Position numbers and translations under genes: made by a program
Assembly: GCA_964621445.1 (NCBI GenBank)
Contig: CAZUNO010000004.1
Span: forward strand, 32,001-96,000
Length of the DNA: 64,000 nt
Direction: 5' to 3'
Origin: Candidatus Hadarchaeota archaeon
GTDB taxonomy: Archaea > CAYQAE01 > CAYVLA01
Part shown: positions 10,540 through 18,554 of the stretch, piece by piece
How positions within the stretch are numbered: position 1 is the first letter of the stretch
How the letters are laid out: each line of letters begins with the position of its first letter
The notes under the pieces: generated by a model
Database searches by the model: none
What the model was told of the DNA's origin: nothing
Seen by the model: the letters and a program-made list of their open reading frames with translations, nothing else

Positions 10540-11319
10540 CTATCTTCCCATCTTCTCCAGTATGTCGACGGGGATGGGAACCACGATGGTTCTGGCTTTT
10601 TCGGAGGCAGCCTCGGTTAAGGTGCCCAACAACCTGAGTTGAAGGGACCCGGGGCTGTCCTGCAGGGTCTGAGCGGCCTCGGCCAGCTGCATTGCGGCCT
10701 GCATCTCACCCTGTGCCTCGATGACCTTACCTCGCCTATCCCTCTCGGCCTCCGCTTGCTTGGCCATGGCCCTCTTCATGTTTTCCGGGACCTCGACGTT
10801 CTTGATCTCCACCGCGGATACCTTTATGCCCCATGGGTCGGTGGCGTCATCGATAAGCTCCTGGAGCTGGGCATTTAGCTTCTCCCTCTCCGAAAGTACC
10901 TCGTCCAGTGTAGCCTGCCCAATGACCACCCTCATGGCGGTCTGAGAATACAGGGAGGTTGCGGCGGAGTAGTTGGTGACCTGGACCACCGATTTCTCGG
11001 GGTCCATCACCCTGAAATAGACGACGGCATCAACCCTTACCGGAACGTTGTCCCTGGTAATGACCTCCTGGGAGGGCACGTCCATGACCGTGGTTCTAAG
11101 ATCCAACTTTACCATATTCTCAAAAATGGGTATTATGAAAAAAAGCCCTGGTCCACGGGCACCAACCAGCCTTCCCAGCCTGAAAATTACCCCTCTCTCG
11201 TACTCCTTGACGATCTTGATGGCAGCAGCGAGAAACATGACGACAAGAAAGAGGAGGGGTACCATTATGGTCCAAATGAAGCCGTTAGCCAAGGACTCAC
11301 CAACTATAGAAATCGCCAA
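10540..11319 (-). CDS. SPFH/band 7 stomatin-like (slipin) protein
   Basis: N-terminal TM, EYERGVIFRLG, QEVITRDNV, DPWGIKV, AMAKQAEAER; downstream of nfeD. Confidence 0.93.
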   Translation of the reverse strand: MAISIVGESLANGFIWTIMVPLLFLVVMFLAAAIKIVKEYERGVIFRLGRLVGARGPGLFFIIPIFENMVKLDLRTTVMDVPSQEVITRDNVPVRVDAVVYFRVMDPEKSVVQVTNYSAATSLYSQTAMRVVIGQATLDEVLSEREKLNAQLQELIDDATDPWGIKVSAVEIKNVEVPENMKRAMAKQAEAERDRRGKVIEAQGEMQAAMQLAEAAQTLQDSPGSLQLRLLGTLTEAASEKARTIVVPIPVDILEKMGR

Positions 11320-11374
11320 TTGGGATATAAATCTTTGGCAGTTGACGAGAGAAAAACGACGTTTGGGCCGCTTC

Positions 11375-12724
11375 TCAGACCATATCCCTTTCCCTGACCT
11401 TGAGGGTCAGGCCCTTTCGGTCAACTATCTCCACTTCCCTCCCCTTGGGTATGGAGCCTTGCTGGGCCATTGCCTTCCAGATCTCACCCCTGACGCTAAC
11501 CTGTCCCTTGGGATCGAGATCGGAAGCCGTTTTCCCAGTCATTCCAACTAGCTCCTCCCCACCGGCCTTCACCGGTTCCTTCCTCCCTTTCATAACATAT
11601 CTCAGGCCGAACACGAAGAAGGCGGCCAGGCCGGCCACCAGGGCCAGGGCGGTGAGGGTGAAGCTCCTGTACCAGCTCCTTGGCATGTAGAAGTCCGGCA
11701 TGGTTCCCCCCTCCCAGCGCGGCGGTATGAATAGAACTCCCAGAACCAGGCAGATAATGGCCGCGGTTGTGAATAGGCCGAATGTAGGCGTGGCCGCCTC
11801 CGCCACCAGGAACACCATTCCCATCACCAGCAAGACCACCCCCACGATATTGGCTCCCACGATGCCCAGTCCAAATAGGGCCAAAACGATGCATATGGCC
11901 CCTGTAGTTTCCGGAACGTAGGTGCCGGGGGACATGAATCCGAATATGAGGCCATACATCCCGATCATCAGCAAAAGGTAGGACACGGTTGGGTTACTCA
12001 TGTAGTTGGTGAACCTCTCGGACATGGTAAGCCCGACCATCTCTATCTCAGCGTCGCTCAGGGTGATTTCCGGTTGGGTGCCGTCATTCAGGGTTCCGTG
12101 TATCCGGAATCCCTCTATCTTGGAAAGAAGGTGGGACGCATTCTGGGCCACGAAGTCCACCACGCCCTCCTCCAGGGCCTCGCTCTCGGTTAGGACCAGG
12201 TTCTTGGTTATGAAGTCAACGCATATATCCACGGGCCTGCCGGTCAAGTTCGCGGTGGACTCCATCTTGCCTATGATGAATGACTTGGTCTTGTTCGGGG
12301 CTGGTTGGACCTGTCCACTGGGGTCATAGCCGGTTATGGGCTCGGCAGCCCCTATGGCGGTTCCCGGTGACATGGCGGCAATGTGGGAGGCCACGGTTAT
12401 GAAGGCCCCGGCCGATGCGGCATCGGCGCCCCGGGGTCCAACATAGACGATAACCGGGACCTGGGATGAGTATATAAGCTTAATGATCTCGAACATGGAA
12501 TCCACGCTGCCCCCTGGGGTGTCGAGCATCACCAGGGCCGCGGCAGCACCGTCCTCCTCCGACATGGTAATTATCTTGTCGAACTGCGAGACGGTGGGAG
12601 GTCCGATATAGTCGGCCTTGAGTTCCATGAGGTAAACGAATTTCTCCGACCACACGGGGTTGGTAAGAGCCAGTATGGCCACCAGGAGAATGCCAATTCT
12701 CAGGAACTTTGGTGCCCGTTTCAT
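11375..12724 (-). CDS. nfeD: NfeD long-form membrane-bound ClpP-class serine protease
   Basis: Signal peptide from MKRAPK (12724), LDTPGG, AASAG, IGAAEP, TM bundle, C-terminal OB domain GEIWKA; paired with stomatin. Confidence 0.92.
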   Translation of the reverse strand: MKRAPKFLRIGILLVAILALTNPVWSEKFVYLMELKADYIGPPTVSQFDKIITMSEEDGAAAALVMLDTPGGSVDSMFEIIKLIYSSQVPVIVYVGPRGADAASAGAFITVASHIAAMSPGTAIGAAEPITGYDPSGQVQPAPNKTKSFIIGKMESTANLTGRPVDICVDFITKNLVLTESEALEEGVVDFVAQNASHLLSKIEGFRIHGTLNDGTQPEITLSDAEIEMVGLTMSERFTNYMSNPTVSYLLLMIGMYGLIFGFMSPGTYVPETTGAICIVLALFGLGIVGANIVGVVLLVMGMVFLVAEAATPTFGLFTTAAIICLVLGVLFIPPRWEGGTMPDFYMPRSWYRSFTLTALALVAGLAAFFVFGLRYVMKGRKEPVKAGGEELVGMTGKTASDLDPKGQVSVRGEIWKAMAQQGSIPKGREVEIVDRKGLTLKVRERDMV

Positions 12725-12776
12725 AATCCGCTTTGGAATGGATTCTTTCCGATTTAAATCCTTCTTGGTGCAATGT

Positions 12777-13601
12777 TTAGTGTTGGCAAGTGGTTGAGAA
12801 GGGCTGGGGCAATCTGGTGGCCGCGGAACGCGTGGCCTTTCTACATCGGGGGGAGCTGAGGATCTCCCTGGCCGCGGATCTACCTTCCAGAAGTGGCCTG
12901 GCCATGGAAACCAGGTTAGCACCGGCGTCAAGCATGGCCAGGAAGTCCTGGGGGGACCTTACCGAGTTGTTGCCAATTATGCATAGGGAGGTCTGCTTCC
13001 TAATCTCCCGCAAGAGATCAATATCGGCCTCCGGTTTGCCCGGGGTCATGAGATCCAGGTGTATTCCGGCTGCGCCATTGGCTTCCATGGAGCTAGACAT
13101 ACTGGACGGGTACCGTATGGCCCGGACCTTCATCGTGGTTGGAATTTGACTGGAGCATATATCCACCGCCCTAGCCAGATCCTGGGGCCTGTCGAGAAGG
13201 GCCTGTCCGGCCCCACGAACGGTGAATTCGGGCTGTCTGCAGTGTGCATTTAACTCGACCATGTCCACAGAACCCCTGAGCTCCCTGCATATCTCTGCCA
13301 GGTTATCGATGGTCGAAAACCTCAGGTTTACGCATATGGCGGCTCCCGTCTCCCGGGCAATATCCGCCTGCCGGGAGATTACCTCCGATACCTCGCTGGG
13401 TTTGTATAGGAATTCCTTTCTTCTCTTGCCCGCCTCCAGCGAGGCGTGGTGGGTTGGACCATCAACGTTATAGCCTCCCAGGGTGACGACCCCAATACCA
13501 GCCCGTCCCATTTCCCTGCAGAACCTGCCATCGGAGTAACCGGCCATTGCCGATTGTACCAGGAGATTTCGAAGCTTAATCAAAGATGTCTCAGCTCCCA
13601 T
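12777..13601 (-). CDS. MJ0144-family dihydrouridine synthase-like FMN TIM-barrel protein
   Basis: SAMAGYSDG, VTLGGYNVD, ELNAHCRQPE, GAGQALL, IIGNNSV, VSMAR. Confidence 0.85.
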   Translation of the reverse strand: MGAETSLIKLRNLLVQSAMAGYSDGRFCREMGRAGIGVVTLGGYNVDGPTHHASLEAGKRRKEFLYKPSEVSEVISRQADIARETGAAICVNLRFSTIDNLAEICRELRGSVDMVELNAHCRQPEFTVRGAGQALLDRPQDLARAVDICSSQIPTTMKVRAIRYPSSMSSSMEANGAAGIHLDLMTPGKPEADIDLLREIRKQTSLCIIGNNSVRSPQDFLAMLDAGANLVSMARPLLEGRSAAREILSSPRCRKATRSAATRLPQPFSTTCQH

Positions 13602-14821
13602 CAGTAGGGCCAGGAGGTCTTGAAAAGGAAGGCAACGACAGCCATCAAGCCCAGCAGAACGCCGATAACCAGTATGGCCAGTAGGGGGGAGGGACCAACT
13701 CTGAGTACCTGGTAGGCCCTGATAAGGGTCATGGCCCCGATTACCTGGACCTCTAGATCACCCATCACCCCGCCCCCCACCTGGTCCTTGAATGCACCGC
13801 TTTCATCATCGTATGCCTTCCTCAGTACGGAGTTGAGAACGTCCTGGCCACGGCGCAGGTATTTCTCCTCCAGGGTTACCTGATAGGCGTATAGGTAACC
13901 GGTCACCAGCAGAAGGTGGTCCACGGTATTGCGCCTTTCGGACTCCACCAGTTCGCCGGACTCGGAGACCGCCTCATAAAAGGTCTTGCTCAGCTCATCG
14001 CCCATCCGGCTAACGATGATGAAGAAGATATCCTTGGCCCTCTGAAGGTAATCCCTCCTATTGGTCACGTCATAAGCCGACAGGTAGGCCATCGCTCCCA
14101 GGGCATGGTCCTCACAGTATCTCCTGGGGTCATCCTCACCCCGAATGTATCCGTAGTTGCTCTGGTCCCAGTACTTCTCGGAGGCCGCCAGTATCTCCTT
14201 GGCGGCATCCAGGTAGGACTGGTTTCCATCGACTTTGTGGGCTATGAATAGGGTGTAGGCCGTCCTGAAATACAGGGCGGGGGACCGGCTCTCCGGGCCC
14301 TCGGTGCTCTGATTGTAAATCCAGGTCCTGACATCACGCTGGTTTTCCCGGGGGATGGTGAGATTTCGTATCAGGAAGTCGGTGAGATTTCGGTAGCCAC
14401 GCTCGTATTTGGTTTCCCCGGTATTTCTGTAGGCCTCAAGATAGGCCTGTATGGTGTTAATTTGTTCCCAGGTATAGAAGCCTTCCGTGCCGTTCAATAA
14501 TCTGTAGCAACCGCCTTCCGGCGATACGTATCCTGAGAGATAGTCCATCACGTCGCGGGCCCGGCGGAGGTCCGTGCCGTGTCGGGTGGAATTGTAGAGC
14601 TTGAAATGTGCGGTTGCCACCAGCGCCTGTTCATGTCCGAGCTTCATGGGTTTACCGTAGGGATTGGAGAGATACCCCTTCCCGTTCGGATCCCAGAACT
14701 CATCCTCTACGAAATCCAGGACTGCCCTGCTCTGATGGGCATATTCCGCCTTCCTCTCCCTAACCAGGTTGCTCTGCGCTAGGAGAATTAAGAGAACGAT
14801 CAGGAAACGTGACCCCCACAT
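13601..14821 (-). CDS. membrane-anchored (alpha/alpha)6-barrel protein (AGE epimerase/GH76-like)
   Basis: Signal peptide; repeated AY..TG...YL..A helical hairpins and FWD...GY motifs; C-terminal TM helix. Confidence 0.65.
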   Translation of the reverse strand: MWGSRFLIVLLILLAQSNLVRERKAEYAHQSRAVLDFVEDEFWDPNGKGYLSNPYGKPMKLGHEQALVATAHFKLYNSTRHGTDLRRARDVMDYLSGYVSPEGGCYRLLNGTEGFYTWEQINTIQAYLEAYRNTGETKYERGYRNLTDFLIRNLTIPRENQRDVRTWIYNQSTEGPESRSPALYFRTAYTLFIAHKVDGNQSYLDAAKEILAASEKYWDQSNYGYIRGEDDPRRYCEDHALGAMAYLSAYDVTNRRDYLQRAKDIFFIIVSRMGDELSKTFYEAVSESGELVESERRNTVDHLLLVTGYLYAYQVTLEEKYLRRGQDVLNSVLRKAYDDESGAFKDQVGGGVMGDLEVQVIGAMTLIRAYQVLRVGPSPLLAILVIGVLLGLMAVVAFLFKTSWPY

Positions 14822-14947
14822 GGTCTTTCTCCTTTATCCATATCTAGTTCATACCATAAATATGACTTGTTACAGGGGTACAGGTCGCCTTGCCATAACC
14901 TACAATCATCTGCACGGGAAAAGATATAACCGATCGCCCTCCTGGAG

Positions 14948-16003
14948 TTGGCCATGGAGGATATCGGATTGGGGTTCGGTATGAGTGGACTATCCGTAAT
15001 CAGGGATGAGAAGACAAGATCTATATCGGCGGAGAATCCCGGGGGCCAGCCGGGTATGGGAGCAACCGAGTCGCCGGATGGAGGGCCTGCTTCGGAGCTA
15101 GGAAAGGGTTGGAAGGTCAGGCCATGTATCGATCTTCCCCAGGGATCGGTTACCACCTTGGCCGATATTGAGGGACCCGGGACCATCAAGCATATATGGA
15201 TGACGGTGGATAGCAAGGCCTACCGGACCTGTGTTCTTCGCTTCTATTGGGACGGGGAAAAGGAACCCTCAATCGAGGTTCCCCTGGGTGACTTCTTCGT
15301 ATGCGGCCACGGACTTAGATATAGGGTTAATAGCCTGCCCGTGGCCGTCAACCCCTGCGGGGGATTCAACTGCTATTGGCCAATGCCCTTCGGGAAGAGG
15401 GCCAAGGTAACCATAGAGAACCAGGGATGGGAGGACATATCGGGATTTTTCTACCAGATAACCTACTCGCTTGGGGATATACCAGAAAGGTCGGCCTATC
15501 TCCACGCTCAGTGGAAAAGATCGGTAACCACCAGACGCGAACCACGACACGTGATACTGGACGGGGTGAGGGGAAGAGGACACTACGTGGGCACATTCAT
15601 CTCCTGGACCCAGCTATCTAATGGTTGGTGGGGAGAGGGTGAGGTAAAGTTCTACATTGATGGTGACCGTGAAAACCCCACGATTTGCGGTACGGGAACC
15701 GAGGACTATTTCGGTGGTGCATGGGGATTCGGGGACACCTATTCCACGCCGTTCCTGGGCTACCCTCTATGGAGAAAGGAACCGGGGGAGGTGCCCAAAC
15801 ATGCGCTCTACAGGTGGCATATACCGGACCCTATCAGGTTTCAGGAAGACCTTAGAGCCACCATACAGGCCCTTGGCTGGTGGCCTAACGGGAAGTTTCA
15901 GCCGCTGGCCGATGATGTCTCGTCGGTGGCCTATTGGTACCAGGAAGAGCCCCATGGTCCGTTCCCCGAATTACCATCCGTTGAGTCAAGATTCCCCCGG
16001 TAA
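14948..16003 (+). CDS. DUF2961 / GH172 family glycoside hydrolase
   Basis: RSISAENP, GPGTIKHIW, FNCYWPMPF, WWGEGE, GTGTEDYF, YRWHIPDPIRF. Confidence 0.92.
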   Translation: MAMEDIGLGFGMSGLSVIRDEKTRSISAENPGGQPGMGATESPDGGPASELGKGWKVRPCIDLPQGSVTTLADIEGPGTIKHIWMTVDSKAYRTCVLRFYWDGEKEPSIEVPLGDFFVCGHGLRYRVNSLPVAVNPCGGFNCYWPMPFGKRAKVTIENQGWEDISGFFYQITYSLGDIPERSAYLHAQWKRSVTTRREPRHVILDGVRGRGHYVGTFISWTQLSNGWWGEGEVKFYIDGDRENPTICGTGTEDYFGGAWGFGDTYSTPFLGYPLWRKEPGEVPKHALYRWHIPDPIRFQEDLRATIQALGWWPNGKFQPLADDVSSVAYWYQEEPHGPFPELPSVESRFPR

Positions 16004-16082
16004 ATGGTACATTTCCTAGGGAATAGAGAAGGTCACTTTCCGATAATCCATCCATTTAAGTGAGAAGAAAAAGGAAAATTCA

Positions 16083-17069
16083 GTGGTAGACATGCCAAAT
16101 TTTGGACTTGGAGTTTGGTCGCACAGGATAGGCGATTTTGGATCGGAGGGTGAGATACAGGATCACGTTGATCGTCTTGCAGAGGGAGGTTTTGACATCC
16201 TGATACCTTGTGTCAAGAATCCTCCCGGCGCGGTTGATTTCCGGACCGATCTGGCAAATGTAAACCCCTCGTATCCGGATTGGGATCCGCTCGGCGTTCT
16301 GGTTGACGCATGCAGGGAAAGTGGCCTGGATATCCATCCCTGGTTTTGTGTATTTCCGGAAGGCCAGGAATCAAGGCTCCTTGAGGAACATCCCGAGTTC
16401 GAGGCCAAGATAGACGGAAACAGGAGATGGGCCTGTGCCTGCAGACCCGAGGTTCAGAACTACGTATTCAATCTCTACAAGGATCTCAGCGAGAACTACG
16501 ATCCATCGGGGCTTCACCTGGACTATATCCGGACAGGCGGGATATGCCGATGCGATTACTGCCGGGATCAGATGGAGCAAAAAGGCGTGGATATAGAAAG
16601 CGTTGAGTTTAGGGATCCGGAGTCGGAGAAATGGGTCAATTGGCGTTCCTCCCGGATAACCGACTTCGTGAGACGGATGAGAAAGTACACCTCCAGCAGG
16701 AACATGGAGTTATCAGCGGCGGTGTTCGCCGATTATCCCCGATCGGTGCGTTCCCAGGGGCAGGACTGGGTTCAATGGGCCGACCTTGGCCTTGTTGATT
16801 ACCTGTTCCCCATGAACTACACAAACTCGCTTCTGGCTTGCGTGTCAAGAACCATATGTCACAATGCCATAATTGGCAAAAGAGTTCCCCTGTGGGAGGG
16901 TCTTGGTAAGTACAGCAGCGCCTCACAGCTGACCAGGGAGGCGCTAGGAGAGCAGATAAAGGGTGTTTTGGATGCGGGAGCAGACGGGGTGGTTCTCTTT
17001 CATTACGGCGCGTTAACCGATGAGGATATCGATGAGATCAAGTTGATACGCTCCGAATCCCCTCAGTGA
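16083..17069 (+). CDS. GHL10/DUF187 family protein (second paralogue)
   Basis: WDPLGVLV..GLDIHPW, GLHLDYIR, LSAAVF, QDWVQW..GLVDYLFPMNY, GADGVVLFHY. Confidence 0.85.
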   Translation: MVDMPNFGLGVWSHRIGDFGSEGEIQDHVDRLAEGGFDILIPCVKNPPGAVDFRTDLANVNPSYPDWDPLGVLVDACRESGLDIHPWFCVFPEGQESRLLEEHPEFEAKIDGNRRWACACRPEVQNYVFNLYKDLSENYDPSGLHLDYIRTGGICRCDYCRDQMEQKGVDIESVEFRDPESEKWVNWRSSRITDFVRRMRKYTSSRNMELSAAVFADYPRSVRSQGQDWVQWADLGLVDYLFPMNYTNSLLACVSRTICHNAIIGKRVPLWEGLGKYSSASQLTREALGEQIKGVLDAGADGVVLFHYGALTDEDIDEIKLIRSESPQ

Positions 17070-17088
17070 AACGGGCTCTTAGCTATGA

Positions 17089-17673
17089 TTACCCTGAATC
17101 CAGCGACTCCAATTCCTCGCCCAGCTCTGAAATGGGGTTTTCGGAGTCATCTATCCTGATCTTGAGATCCCAACTTCCCCCCGCGAGGAGAGCGGCTGAT
17201 CTCTCACCCCGTTTGTCCCCGCCCTCTTTTGACCCCTCGATGAGTGCATGGACCAGTTTCCAGGGAAAGCTATTCCCCTTTCCGTATCCCGATGCCATCT
17301 TGGGGGCGACATCCTCGGTTTCCAGAAGATTTCCAATGCAGATAATTCCATCGGCTTGGTAAAGGCTGGTGTAGGCGGGACATTTACCTCCGGTATGTAT
17401 CCCATTTCTACCCTGCATATCCATCATTGCCACCTGCCTCTTTTCCCTGCCCCGGTTCTCATCCAGGAGCAATTTCAGGGTTTCTCGGGGCCTATGGCCC
17501 TTCCCCATGAGTTCAAGCCCCCGCTTTCCGTAATATGTTTTTGTGTATCCCTGGGTTGCTACCGATCCCACCCCGCTTTTTAACCATGGGACCCTTTTCC
17601 CGACCCCCTTGGAACCGGAGGCCACGGCAACTCCAATTGAATCATCGGTGAGGGCTATTATGGAGAAGGTCAT
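17089..17673 (-). CDS. DUF1028 family Ntn-hydrolase-like protein
   Basis: MTFSII, GVAVAS, GSVATQ, RQVA, HTG, GGDKRG..SAAL. Confidence 0.88.
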   Translation of the reverse strand: MTFSIIALTDDSIGVAVASGSKGVGKRVPWLKSGVGSVATQGYTKTYYGKRGLELMGKGHRPRETLKLLLDENRGREKRQVAMMDMQGRNGIHTGGKCPAYTSLYQADGIICIGNLLETEDVAPKMASGYGKGNSFPWKLVHALIEGSKEGGDKRGERSAALLAGGSWDLKIRIDDSENPISELGEELESLDSG

Positions 17674-17749
17674 ACGAATCAGTTTCAGGCATGGTTTTTG
17701 TATGTTTAGAACCCTAAATTACTTGAGTCAATAAAGGGGAAGTTGGGAT

Positions 17750-18544
17750 ATGGGAGCCTTGAGGACCGAGGGAAGGCTGGCTATTATCGAGGGGAAGGAT
17801 CGTCCCGAGCTGCTCATCGCGGGGGATATCCACGGGGATCTTTCCAATTTCCAGCATATTGAGGAGCTTTTCCTACGGAAACCCGAGTCGATCCTGATAC
17901 TACTTGGGGACTACGCCGACAGGGGTTCCCGCGGTCTGGAGGTGGTAGAGGGGCTGGGGGAATTGATGAGGGATAACCAGGGACGAGTAATCGCCCTGAA
18001 GGGAAACCATGAGGATTACCGGGAGGGAACCCCGAAATTCCACCCCTGCACCCTGATATCGGAGGTCGAGGGGAAGAGGAGAATTCCCTGGAGCGATTTC
18101 TATCCCGAATTTGAGGAATTCCTTGACTCACTTTTCCTGGCAGCAGTGGTTCCAGGATTTTTTCTCATGCTTCACGGGGGTATTTCAAGAGATATAACCA
18201 CCATGTCGGACCTAAAGGATCCTCCACGGGCACTGGAGAAGGACATCCTCTGGAGTGATCCCTCCGGAAGTGAGGGCCAGGGACCCAATCCCAGAGGAGC
18301 TGGAGTATTGTTCGGGCCGGATATATCCGAACAGGTCCTCAAGGAAATAGATGTAAATGCTCTGATAAGGGGCCATCAGCCAAGGAAGGCTAGGGAAGGA
18401 CCTTCCGTAGATCACTCGGGACGCGTGGTGACCGTGAGCTCAACCAGCGTTTACGGCGGTAGACCATTTGTCCTGGATATTGACCTAGATAAATATGGAG
18501 GGTCCTGGTTACAAAACTCGGTCTGGTACCTGGATCGGGGGTAG
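17750..18544 (+). CDS. PPP-family Ser/Thr protein phosphatase (metallophosphoesterase)
   Basis: GDIHG, GDYADRG, GNHE, HGG, LWSDP, RGHQ. Confidence 0.9.
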   Translation: MGALRTEGRLAIIEGKDRPELLIAGDIHGDLSNFQHIEELFLRKPESILILLGDYADRGSRGLEVVEGLGELMRDNQGRVIALKGNHEDYREGTPKFHPCTLISEVEGKRRIPWSDFYPEFEEFLDSLFLAAVVPGFFLMLHGGISRDITTMSDLKDPPRALEKDILWSDPSGSEGQGPNPRGAGVLFGPDISEQVLKEIDVNALIRGHQPRKAREGPSVDHSGRVVTVSSTSVYGGRPFVLDIDLDKYGGSWLQNSVWYLDRG

Positions 18545-18554
18545 GCCGAGCTGG

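Noticed and set aside
12725-12931. N-terminal extension of NfeD in the ORF track (similar extensions at 24939-25097 and 42795-43127)
   Set aside because: These overlap neighbouring genes and precede the family-typical N-terminus; downstream starts are more plausible
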